A stretch of DNA of 64,000 nucleotides, from positions 90,521,744 to 90,585,743 of the forward strand of contig NC_068981.1 in the NCBI RefSeq assembly GCF_001194135.2, given 5' to 3'. A program made the translations under genes and the position numbers. Position 1 is the first letter of the stretch, and the number at the start of each line of letters is the position of its first letter. The notes beneath the pieces were generated by a model. It had not been told where the DNA came from and ran no database searches. It saw only the letters and a list, made by a program, of their open reading frames with translations. This document shows, piece by piece, positions 37,990-49,905 of the stretch. The stretch is from Octopus bimaculoides (lineage: Eukaryota).

Positions 37990-39005
37990 CGGGCACAAAG
38001 GACAAGCCTTCAAGGCCTTGATTTTACTTAGCTGGATGGATCTTCTCAAGCACAGCAAATCTCCAATAGTCTTGGTTCTTTGTCATATCATCTGAAGGTT
38101 ATTCTTCTCCACTTCATCCCATATTTTCGAAAGTGTTCCTCTTCTGCAGGTTCCCTCCATATTCAGCGATTGGCATTTCTTTATGCAGATGTCTTCACTC
38201 ATGTGCATTACATGGCCATATCGATGCAATCTTCTTTCTTGCACACTACATCTGATGCTTCTTATACCCAGTTAGTCTTTCAACACACTTATACATTGTT
38301 GTACATGCACTCTGACATTGCACATCCAGCCTGAGGGAGAGGTCCTTCTTTCGACTATCTACTAAGGGTCCTTCTGGGCATTCGAGGAAATCTGTTTCCT
38401 GTGTGTTCTTAGTGTTTATTGTTCCTGCACATTTGCAACACACAAACACTACTTTCTCTGTTAACCTCGTATGATTTCACTGAATCTCTTATATCTGTCC
38501 TTAGCTTGCACTGAGTACACCATTAGGAATTTGTACCTACACCTTTTCTACATATTAAGCAGGGCCGTTTTCCTGAAGGGATTAGTAATTTATCTGCTTT
38601 CCTGCATTTTTGTCTTTACTAAATTAACTGTAAGTCTGTTTGATTCCAGTCCTTGCTTCCACACCTGAAATTTCTTTTCCAGTTTTATTAAAGATTCAAT
38701 TATAAGAACAAGGTCATCAGCATGGAGGAGCTACTGTGGCCAACCAGTTTTAAATTCCCCTGTTATGGCCTGGGAGACTATGATCATTGGTGAACTCTTA
38801 CCTGTACTCATTGTTGACATTCAGCTTACTGACAGTATCCCTGTACATGGCTCTCAACAACCAGTCATCTACCTCTAGGTTTCACAGCAACCACCAGATG
38901 AAGGAGTGAATGACTCTGAAGACTTTCTATATGTTGACAAATACTAAGTACAGCAGTTTATTTTCAACTAAATGCTTCTCCTGCTTGGAAGATGGCATCA
39001 GTAGT
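37990..39005 (-). mobile_element. Old decayed RTE LINE (RT domain to C-terminus)
   Basis: Broken frames give EKHLVENKLLYLVFV, LLHADDLVL, FQVWKQGLES, VFVCCKCAG and RRLHRYGHVMHM, colinear with the young copy. Confidence 0.75.
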
Positions 39006-39129
39006 ACTTCTCTCTGGTACAAAACCAAACTGCATCTTATGAAGGTTAATTTTCCTTCCTAATTAGTATATATATATATATATATATGTGTGTGTATATG
39101 TATGTACTCACACACATATATTGCATATA

Positions 39130-39470
39130 CTGAGTTGGCCAAAAAAGTTTGTTCAATTTTTGTGAACACTAAACTTCAAGCACTCTAATAAGTAGCTAAC
39201 TTCAGTGTGTCCCTTGCACATGTGCACTGATTAAATCTTGACACTTCAACATAGTTTGACACGAACTTGCCAAAAGACAGGTTGTATTTTGTGTGCTTAG
39301 GACCACCCTGAAAATGGAGAACCAAAATGAACATTATTGACACCTCATGTTTTACCCATTTTAAAAGAGGCAAAAAAGTCATGGAAACCTGCAGGAAGAT
39401 ATGCACAGTGTGCAGAGAGGACGCTGTTACAAAATGTGTGAGTCAGAAGTGGTTTTGAAAATTTTTGTTC
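39130..39470 (+). mobile_element. Mariner 5' fragment
   Basis: TA-ctgagttggcc terminus. A frameshifted N-terminus MENQNEH...ETCRKICTVCREDAVTKCVSQKWF resembles a mariner HTH. Confidence 0.65.
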
Positions 39471-40627
39471 TCACATAAAAAAATAGTTTCAAAGGAGAGA
39501 AAATAGAATTGGTGATATTCATGCTTTTCTAAGGGATATCAATAATATAAATGAAGTGCAATATTTCCAGCTTGGAATCAAAGAAACATGTAACAGACTT
39601 GGCTTATAAGAATCTACCTATTCTCTCACACACATTTGCTGGCACTTAAAACAAAAAAATAATGAAAAACAATAAAAAGTAAATAAATATAATTTTTATT
39701 ATAAATAGTCATGATTTTTACAGGTATTTTAAGATTCAGTAGCTTCTCATATTTTCTCAAAGTTTTGAACAATTAATCTCAACTTTTATATTCTTATCAG
39801 GCTACTATTTTGTCATCTTCTAGTGTTTTATTTCTACACATACACATTTACCTTACGCTGGTTGTGAACTCAGAATGATTCATTCTTAATGTGGGTTTTC
39901 AATGTTCTTAACTTTTCTGCCACAGTTTTATAAAGAAATTACTTTATAATTTTTTTGAATGTATGAATGTTTTCCAGTAATCGAAACCATATGTAATTAT
40001 TGTTAGTCATTTAACCCTGAGTCAACAATCACTGAGCAAATTATGATTAAAGCATTACAGACATGATCATTTTACCTTCTCAAGAGTATGTAGGAATACA
40101 TTATTTAATACGACCTTTTGTTATTTAAAATGGCAGTATGTGATTTGAAGAAGATATCACTGTTATTTCTAGCAGATCAGATGATCATGAGAAGTAGGCT
40201 AACCACTAAATCATGTGCCTTCACATAATGGCTGCAACAAGGTCTGAAATCAAGATTAGCTGGCCAACAGACAGGAATCTGAACTTTTACATCCACAATA
40301 CTTTATTAAAGATTGTTTAAATAATTATATAGAACACAATATGTAGTATTAAGTGTTTGATAACATAGAAGAGTTAACTTGCTTACACGAATTTGCAATC
40401 AAATCACTTATCATTAATAGCAATTCAAAGGTGGTGAGCTGGCAGAACTGTTAGTATGTTGGGCAAAATGCTAAGCAATATTTCATTCACCTTTAAGTTC
40501 TGAATTCACATTTCGCCAAGGTTGACTTTGTCTTTCATACTATCAAGATCAATAAAATACTGTATTTTAACATGTATAAGGAAAACCGTTTTTGTCAAAA
40601 ATTAGGTTAAAAAATATGGGAATTTGT

Positions 40628-41015
40628 TGTTGCCAGTGCCGCTGGACTGGCTTCCGTGCAGGTGGCATGTAAAAAGATACCTTTTTGAGCGTAGCTGTTG
40701 CCAGTACCTCGTGCCAGTGGCACGTAAAAGCACCCACTACACTCTCGGAGTGGTTGGTATTAGGAAGGGCATCCAGCTGTAGAAACTCTGCCAGATCAGA
40801 TTGGAGCCTGGTGCAGCCTTCTGGCTTGCCAGTCCTCAGTCAAATCGTTTCAAATTTTAGCACAAGGCCAGCAAGACCAGGGGAGTGGGGTAAGTCAATT
40901 ACATTGGTAATTATTTAAACAACTGGTACTTATTTAAACAACTCTAAAAGGATGAAAAGCAAAGTCAACCTCAGCATGGAAAGCAGACGTTAAATGATGA
41001 TGATGATGATGATGA
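40628..41015 (+). mobile_element. RTE 3'-tail element interrupted by a 130-bp insertion
   Basis: Contains ggaagggcatccagctgtagaaac...caaatcgt, the insertion, then agcatggaaagcagacgttaaa(tga)n. Similar tail-only copies occur near 2460-2680, 4945-5130, 11800-12150, 24133-24195, 36440-36640, 50790-51130 and 62640-62770. Confidence 0.8.
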
Positions 41016-41405
41016 GTACTATAATCCCTTATAAAACCTTTTTTCCAAATTTTAAGTCCCCAAAATTGGGGGGTTCCTTATACACGTTAAAATATGGTAA
41101 GTACCAGCTGAGCACTGTGCAATCAACTTACCCCCTCCCCCAAATTTGTTGGCCTTGTGCCAAAGTTTGAAACCAATTTTAAAGTTCATTAAAGCAGTGA
41201 TCTGGCAGAATTGTTAGCATGCCAGGCAAAATGCTTAGTAGCATTCATTCATCTTTAAGTTCTGAGTTCAAATTTTGCTGAGGTTGACTTTGCTTTTCAT
41301 CCTTTTAGAGTTGTTTAAATAAGTACCAGTTGTTTAAATAATTACCAATGTAATTGACTTACCCCACTCCCCTGGTCTTGCTGGCCTTGTGCTAAAATTT
41401 GAAAC
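40847..41405. repeat. Perfect 130-bp inverted repeat, 299-bp spacer
   Basis: 40847-40976 is the exact reverse complement of 41276-41405. Confidence 0.92.
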
Positions 41406-42029
41406 CATTAACTGCAATTCAAAATACTCTCGGCAATTGTGGTGTTGATAAAAGTAACTTAATACTAATATTAAGTTACCGTTTCAACCACTGGACTGTG
41501 GCTGTAGTCAAACAAATTGACCCCGGTACTTACTTTCTAAGGTTAGTACTTATTCTATTGGTCACTTTTGTCAAATTGCTAAGTTACTGGGGTGTAAATG
41601 AAGCAATGCCAATTGTCAAGTGGTGAAGTGTGGGGACACACACACACATGATGGGTTTCCACAGTCAAGCAAATTCACTCACAAGGCTTATTTTGGCCTG
41701 GGGTTATAGCAGAAAACACTTACCCAAGGTACTACACAATGGGACTGAACCTGAAACCCTGTGGTTGCAAAGCAAGCTTCTTAACCACACAGCTATGCCT
41801 GCTATTTACAAATATAGTGGGTAGTTACAATGTTTGAAATTGTTAAATAAGTTTTCCATTCAGTATTGAAGCATATAACACCACAAAGGTTCTAAGAAGG
41901 TTCTTGCTATGTGAAGAAGGTTCTTGCTAGGTGAAAATAAATGTTTCAAAAAGAAACAGAAATGCAAACCATGCAACAAATTGCATTAATATTCTTATAC
42001 TTAAGTACAATGATAAATACAATTCAATA

Positions 42030-42089
42030 TCAATTTGCTTCTGAAACTTTCTGAGCCAATTTTGCAGCTATATCTTTGTAAATGTTAGC
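42030..42089 (-). CDS. NUBPL: NUBPL terminal coding exon
   Basis: ANIYKDIAAKLAQKVSEAN* (recalled human AKAYLRIAVEVVRRL). Strong acceptor ttgcag|, phase 0. Confidence 0.85.
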   Translation of the reverse strand, partial: ANIYKDIAAKLAQKVSEAN

Positions 42090-42339
42090 CTGCAATGAAA
42101 AGAAGAGAAAAAATGGTTAGAATAAAAACAACTTGAAGAGGTTGCTCCTATAACATGTTATCTTTTAAGCTTGAGCAGGTTTTTGGCTGTTTACTCCATA
42201 GTATGTAGTCAATCTAATGTTCAACGTCTAATGTCTTACTTTTATGCTATACTCTGTGAGGATGCATGGCCTGATGGTTAGAGTGTTGCACTTATGATTG
42301 CAAGATTGTAGGTTCAGTTCCTGTATTGGGTGTTGTGTT

Positions 42340-42905
42340 CATCATCATCATCATCATCGTTTAACGTCCGCTTTCCATGCTAGCATGGGTTGGACGATTT
42401 GACTGAGGACTGGTGAAACCGGATGGCAACACCAGGCTCCAGTCTGATTTGGCAGAGTTTCTACAGCTGGATGCCCTTCCTAACGCCAACCACTCAGAGA
42501 GTGTAGTGGGTGCTTTTACGTGTCACCCGCACGAAAACGGCCACGCTCGAAATGGTGTCTTTTATGTNNNNNNNNNNNNNNNNNNNNNNNNNNNNNNNNN
42601 NNNNNNNNNNNNNNNNNNNNNNNNNNNNNNNNNNNCCACGCTCAAAATGGTGCATCTCATGTGCCACCCGCACAAGAACCAGTCCAGGGGCACTGGCAAC
42701 GATCTTACTTGGCTTGCCGGGTCTTCTCACGCACAGCCCATTTCCAAAGGTCTCGGTCCGTAGTCATCGCCTCGGTGAGGCCCAATGTACGAAGGTCTTG
42801 CCTCACCACCTCAGCCCAGGTCTTCCTGGGCCTACCTCTTCCACGGGTTCCCTCAACTGTTAGGGTGTGGCACTTTTTCACGCAGCTATCCTCCTCCATT
42901 CTCAC
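42340..42905 (-). mobile_element. Young RTE LINE 3' fragment nested in an older SINE
   Basis: ORF2 end EGTRGRGRPRKTWAEVVRQDLRTLGL...REKTRQAK*, the same 3' UTR and tail, and a candidate TSD tgtgtt (42334-42339 and 42906-42911). Confidence 0.88.
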
Positions 42906-44112
42906 TGTGTTGCAATTTTGAGCCAAAACACTTCATTTCATGTTGCTTTGTGATCACTTCAACATCTGACATGTGGAATGTTGTGCACCTGTACAGGCAA
43001 TGTCAATTTGATAGATGGAGTTTATGTGCAGCACAAACATTTGATCATTATAAGCAAATCACCTGTGCAGGTTGTTTGGCAAGAAATTGCAGAACCATCC
43101 TTGGATTGAGAGACCACCATTAATGTTATACTCTAATCAGGTAACAACAGTTAGTATCATAAAGAGAATTTTATTTCTTTAACAAAAGAAATCATGCATG
43201 TCTTTTTAGTTCATGTCTGTAATATATATTTTATGAAAAAAAAAAAGTAAAGAAAAGTTTTCCATGATAGATATTAAAATAAATTGAATAATTACTGGAG
43301 CAAGATGTTTATTACAAAATTCTCTTTCTAAAGTCAAAACAAATATTAGTTTCAAATTTTGGCACAAAGCCAGCAATTTTTAGGGAAGGGGTAAGTCGTT
43401 TACATTGACTCCAGTACTCAATTGATACTTGTTTTATTGACTCCAAAAGAACGAAAGACAAAGTTGACTCCAGTGGCATTTGAACATAAAACCAGAAGAA
43501 ATGCTGCTAAGCATTATGTCCAGTGCAGTAATGATTCTACCAACTCACTGCCTTAGTCAAAACAAATGTTGAAATACAATCCAAGTGAAAAATCACTTAA
43601 ATAGGCTGTCGAAACAAGATTAGTATCTCTCTGCATTATGTGAATACTTAAATATATATATAAAGTGTCTTATGTGAATACATAAAGTTAAGGCATGTGG
43701 CTTAGTGGTTAGGGTATTCTGCTCATGGTCATAAGGTCGTGAGTTCGACTCCCAGCAGCACATTGTGTCCTTGAGCAAGACACTTTATTTCACATTGTAG
43801 CAGTCAACTCAGCTGGCAAAAATGAGTATTACGTGTATTTCAAAGGGCCAACCTTGTTACATTCTGTGTCATGCTGAATCCCCCTGAGTATGTATATCTG
43901 TGGAGAGCTCAGCCACTTGCACGTTAATTTCATGAGCAGGCTGTTCCATTGATCCAATCAACTGGAACCCTTGTCATTGTAACTGACAGAATGCCAGTTT
44001 GTTAGTTATAAAGCATCTCCATATAGTGTGTCAATATTTATAAATGTTTAAAGTATCTCTATATGTAGTGTAAATAGGTTATGGCTCACTTAATGCTGTT
44101 AAGTCTCTCTCC

Positions 44113-44177
<65 letters not shown>

Positions 44178-44433
44178 AAATATGTATCTTGTGTCACTAT
44201 GTATAATAAATGTATAAAGTATCTCTAAACATAATATAAATAGGCTATAGCTATTAAAATTACCACCTTATTTTGCTCAAGAACACAACACATCACCCAG
44301 TCCAGGACTGAAACCACAATTTTATGATCACGAATCCAACACCCCAACCACTAAGCCACATGCCTCTCCTTGTGGACATGGTGGTGTAAAATATTTATTT
44401 TAGCATTCTATAACAAGATCAGAGTTTACTCAC

Positions 44434-44516
44434 CTGAGGGCTGTCTGGTTTAGATACAACTATAGGGGCACCACTGTCACTTTTTTCTCGAATATCAATA
44501 TGAAGAGGAATATCTC
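44434..44516 (-). CDS. NUBPL: NUBPL exon (83 nt)
   Basis: [28 protein letters not shown]. Boundaries ttctag| and cag|gtgagt. It follows a ~10-kb intron. Confidence 0.95.
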
Positions 44517-46077
44517 CTAGAAAAGTAATAAATAAAAAAAATTATCACTATACGCAATTTCATTTGATAACATAAGCTGACTGACTTGATAGTGTATTAG
44601 ACAACCAGCTGGATGTTCTAGATTGCCTGACCCAGTAAATGTTAAGAATATTTCCCACAGATGCAGTGCCAGTGCTAATGAACTAACAATGCTTCAACTG
44701 ATAAGCCAGTACTCCAGTTGTTCTTAACCGGGGTCCATATAAAATTTTGTGGGGCCCATGCAGCAAAATAGTAAATTGGTGATCCACAATAATAGTTTAA
44801 GAACCCTTGAAAAAATTTTGCTTTAAATGTATGTATTGGTTTGTATAGCAAAAAACAGCTGGATTTCTTTCTCTAATGTTTTACACAGTTTAAACCTACA
44901 CAAGTTAATATGTAAAAAACAAAATAGGAATTTTAAAAGACGTATTTATAAAACTAATTTTTAAAAATCAAATGGTGATGGGAGTCCACCAGAATAAAAT
45001 AATAACCAAAGAGATTCATAGATAAAAAATGGCTGAGAACCCCTGCAATACTCTATCAATTTGGCCATTTATGACTAGATATCCATGGAATGGCATATTA
45101 GTGCTACAGGGAAGTACATTTTGTTGCCCAAGTGAATAAAGTGACACCTACATTGTCTCTCAGTCAACTGGAAATAGTAGTTAAATTTCTCTCAAATCAC
45201 ACCCTACCATGTTAAAAATGGTAAGACACTTTGGACAATATAGTCCTAGATACATCTAAAAAGATGTAATCATCAAAGCTGGAATGATTTTAAACATAAA
45301 TCTACTCAATCAGAGCTGACATAAGACTGAACAACAACACCTGCTAACTGTAACAAGTCACAACAATTTTCCAAGTGTTTTTAGCAGATTAAAGAGATGG
45401 ATTGATATCCTCTTATCAGTACAACTTGGTTTCTAAGTGGCTGCTAAATCTGATAGAAACAACAGCTAAATCTCCCTTAAATCCTATCCGATCATCTTAA
45501 ATAAAGAAGGTCAGAGTGGATAATTTAGTTCTAGATATACTATGCCTAAAGTTAAGGAGTTGTTATGGTCAGACCACTGTTGATCATAGGGCAAGCCTAG
45601 AGCTAAATAACATCAACAGCGAACTAGAGATGGAGAGTTTCTGCTAAGAAGACTAATTCTGGTCATACCACATGACTATTGTTACTTTTTATTACTTAAT
45701 TCTTTAGCATTTAAACTAACCCTATCTGGCCCAAATATTCGACCTATTTTATGCTAAAACTAGCTACATCCAGCCTCTTACACCTACCCTACAATCTCAT
45801 TCTAAAAATAAACAATCTCATCATTGAAATATCTTGGAGCAATAATATAACGCATGATTAATTCAAAACAATGTTAATAAATAACAATTACAATTATCAT
45901 CATTGTTATTGTTACTTCATGGGTTGTTGCTGGTGTTGTTTCATACAACCATCTTGCTTAAATGGGAGTATATTTTCTTAATTTTACTGTGCTACAAAAT
46001 TCTTACAATCTCTAATTCTTTAATTCTCTCTGTTGTTTGTACTCTTTGTAAGTTTGATCTATTATTATAAATATCTA

Positions 46078-46746
46078 TGAGGGGAAGACAAAAATTATCC
46101 ACACTTTCAACCATAACATATCTTTATTATTGTCACACTGCCTTCTGCGCATGTGTGCTTGTAGTTGGTACTATTGTGGTCATATGATTGAAGCTTGAGT
46201 CTGATCATGCCATTTTTCTTTCTGGCTTTACAGTGTAAGCATGGCTGCTCCACGAGTAATGTACACCAAAGAAGAACAAAGAGCAGTGATCTGAGAGATG
46301 GTAATAGTGAACTGATTCACCATTACCATCTCTCAAGCTTGCTGAATCTTCTCATCAGTGGTGGTCTTTGACAAGCGTCCTGCTCCCTCTTTGTGCATCC
46401 TGCTTGTCCGGCCTCTTTTAAACTTCTTGATCCACTCATACACACTTCTATGAGGTAGTGCAGTGTCCCCGTATTGTGCTGAAAGCCTCTGAGGAATTTC
46501 AGCACCTGACACACCTTCCAACCAGAGAAATCAGATCACTGCTCCTTTTACTTCTTTGGTGCACATTGCTAGTGGAGTGGTCGTGTTTACACTGTAAAGC
46601 CAGAAAGAAAAATGGCACAACCAGGCTCACACTTTGATCACATGAACATAATAGTACCAACTATAAGCACGCATGTACAGAACGCAATGTGACAATAATA
46701 AAGATATGTTATGGCAAAAGTATGGATAATTTTTTACTTCCCTTTG
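46078..46746 (-). mobile_element. Mariner-derived MITE built from two 5' ends (~215-bp inverted arms)
   Basis: 46078-46293 matches the reverse complement of ~46530-46746. Both ends are TA-flanked. The minus strand reads EGVSGAEIPQRLSAQYGDTALPHRSVYEWIKKFKRGRTS. Confidence 0.85.
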
Positions 46747-47731
46747 TATATATTTATACTTAAATATTCATTGTCTGAAAGTCTTTGGTCTTTGCTTTCT
46801 TTCTGTTTGCATATATACATATATTTTTTTATTCTTTTACACATTTGTAGCAGCACAAGCAATCAGCACCATATTGGGTGAGATCTCATGGCAGCCATTG
46901 CCATCTCCGAGACTGGAGCGAGACCTCACCTGCATCCATTTGCCATGCACCAGCTCACAACAAGGCTTGCGATGGCAAAACTATAAAAAGAAAGAAACCT
47001 TGAGGTTCTGTCTCACTTTTCCCACTGTGACTGCTAGCAGAGCACACTTCACTAGCTTGTCCTCTAGGCTAGTCCGCTTGTCGCATCCCCTGAGGCAATG
47101 GCACACGTATTGGAGAATGACAGATTTATACCACATGAGATGGCTGCAAAAGAGCAACATACCACACCTGTGTATATATATTGTAAATAAAAAACTACTG
47201 GAGAACCTGTGTTTTGCCTAATACTTCTCTACTCGACTGCTAGAGCCTTAGCAACACGAAGAATAAGAAATTAATGGGAGAAAGGCAATATTCAACCGAT
47301 ATCCAGAACCTTGCCTCCCATTATACATTGCAGTCATTTGACTGCAGCCATGCAGGAGCACCACTTTAAAGGGTCTTTTAACCAAAGAAATCAGCCCTAG
47401 GACTTATTCTTTATAAGCCTAGTACTTATTCTATCAGTCTATTTTGCTGAACCCCTAATTTACAAGAACATAAAAACACCAATATCAGCTGTCAAGACAC
47501 AAAGACATATATATATATATATATATATAAAACAAAGTTAACAATGGAAAAATGGTATATTAATGAATTATTTATTTATTTTATATCTATAAGATCCATA
47601 AAATATATAGACATTAATAAATAAATAAAATATCCAACACATGTTTCAGCTGATTTGCCAAGAGCATATCCATTTATAATTATATAATTAAATAATTAAT
47701 CAGTAAAATCTATTTAGTAAAACAACTTCAT

Positions 47732-48571
47732 CAGGGTGCTGTAAATAAATTGTCATCTAAATTATGCAAAAAGTGAAAATAACACTGACATCTCAATTTA
47801 ACAGATATATTTACCAAAATAACATAAAAATATCTTGAAATACTAAAGAGTAAATTTTCTCAATAAAATTGCCATTGGCTTCAACCACAGCCTCCAGGTG
47901 GCTCTTCTGGATAGTCTCCTTGTTTAAGTTGGTGAATGCTGCCATAATCCTTGTCTTCTGTTCATCTTTGGTGCTACAAAGAGTTTTGTTGGTCTCACGC
48001 TCAACTGCACCCCACATTGGGGTTACAGTCTGGAGAGTTAGGTAGCCAGATGTTATAGGTGATGTGATGTGGTTGCAGAAATTGTCTGACAGCCATGACT
48101 GGGTTCTTCTGCTTGTGTGGCATGGTGCAGAGCCCTGTTGCCAGACATAGGGTCTTCCATCAACCACCTTCATGATCCAGGGCAGCACTACCTCCTCCGG
48201 GCACTTGAGTCTGAGGCTGTCTGAGGAGATGAATGGAAGCATAACATCACCATTACTAGTGATCACTCCAAACACTATGATGTTGACTGGATGTTTGATT
48301 TTTATCACTCTTGGTATATGCACTGTCCTCAGATTGACACCCAATCACTCTGAAATGTTCATATTGGAGCTTCCAGCATGAATGCCAAGCAGTACAGCAT
48401 ATCGTTTCCATACTTCTGGCAGAGAGAATTGCATCATGGTACTGTTTTTCTCAAAGATGGTGCCCAACTGACCCTATTATACTGTGTAGTTGACAAATTA
48501 GGAAACAAACAATGTGCATGTGTGAAATTAAAAGTATAAAATGGCAATAATAATTTACTCATCGTACCCTG
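47732..48571 (-). mobile_element. Tc1/mariner-superfamily deletion derivative (maT-like, tentative)
   Basis: ORF 47811-48344 contains VFGVITSNGDV, YVWQQGSAPCHTSRRTQSWL and WGAVERETNK. Both ends begin cagggt. Confidence 0.75.
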
Positions 48572-49510
48572 TATATATATATATATATATNNNNNNNNNN
48601 NNNNNNNNNNNNNNNNNNNNNNNNNNNNNNNNNNNNNNNNNNNNNNNNNNNNNNNNNNNNNNNNNNNNNNNNNNNNNNNNNNNNNNNNNNNNNNNNNNNN
48701 NNNNNNNNNNNNNNNNNNNNNNNNNNNNNNNNNNNNNNNNNNNNNNNNNNNNNNNNNNNNNNNNNNNNNNNNNNNNNNNNNNNNNNNNNNNNNNNNNNNN
48801 NNNNNNNNNNNNNNNNNNNNNNNNNNNNNNNNNNNNNNNNNNNNNNNNNNNNNNNNNNNNNNNNNNNNNNNNNNNNNNNNNNNNNNNNNNNNNNNNNNNN
48901 NNNNNNNNNNNNNNNNNNNNNNNNNNNNNNNNNNNNNNNNNNNNNNNNNNNNNNNNNNNNNNNNNNNNNNNNNNNNNNNNNNNNNNNNNNNNNNNNNNNN
49001 NNNNNNNNNNNNNNNNNNNNNNNNNNNNNNNNNNNNNNNNNNNNNNNNNNNNNNNNNNNNNNNNNNNNNNNNNNNNNNNNNNNNNNNNNNNNNNNNNNNN
49101 NNNNNNNNNNNNNNNNNNNNNNNNNNNNNNNNNNNNNNNNNNNNNNNNNNNNNNNNNNNNNNNNNNNNNNNNNNNNNNNNNNNNNNNNNNNNNNNNNNNN
49201 NNNNNNNNNNNNNNNNNNNNNNNNNNNNNNNNNNNNNNNNNNNNNNNNNNNNNNNNNNNNNNNNNNNNNNNNNNNNNNNNNNNNNNNNNNNNNNNNNNNN
49301 NNNNNNNNNNNNNNNNNNNNNNNNNNNNNNNNNNNNNNNNNNNNNNNNNNNNNNNNNNNNNNNNNNNNNNNNNNNNNNNNNNNNNNNNNNNNNNNNNNNN
49401 NNNNNNNNNNNNNNNNNNNNNNNNNNNNNNNNNNNNNNNNNNNNNNNNNNNNNNNNNNNNNNNNNNNNNNNNNNNNNNNNNNNNNNNNNNNNNNNNNNNN
49501 NNNNNNNNNN

Positions 49511-49905
49511 CCTATAGTGTACACAAGAACTGGTATATAATTGCTCACGTGTTATTGACTCTCTTTCTATCTGCTGTAAACACTCATACACACATGTATC
49601 ACTCACATACACACTTTTCTTTGTATGACGGCCTGTCTTTGATAATGTTCTTATATGTCGCATTCACACTCACACACAGACATACATCTTTAACGCTACA
49701 ATAAATATCTCTGTTATTCATCTAATACGGTTGTGGTCTTTCATTACTGGTCATCTATGTTATCGTCGTATAACATATCATCTATATCATCATCTGATAT
49801 ATACATCTTGTGTTCGACCGTGTGACACGTTTAAATAAAAGGAGTCCTCTGTTTTTCCATTCGTCACCATATCTCCTTTTTTGAGTTCGCACAGTCGTCC
49901 CTTAC
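49511..49905 (+). mobile_element. Possible LTR 3' portion adjoining a gap
   Basis: CpG-containing complex sequence with AATAAA near 49833. It ends ...gtcgtcccttACA before (TA)n. The 5' end is lost in the gap. Confidence 0.3.

Noticed and set aside
48434-49704. Long ORFs spanning N runs (also at 21925-23099 and 56289-57260)
   Set aside because: They are artefacts of assembly gaps. Only the RTE portion of 55983-56357 is real coding sequence.
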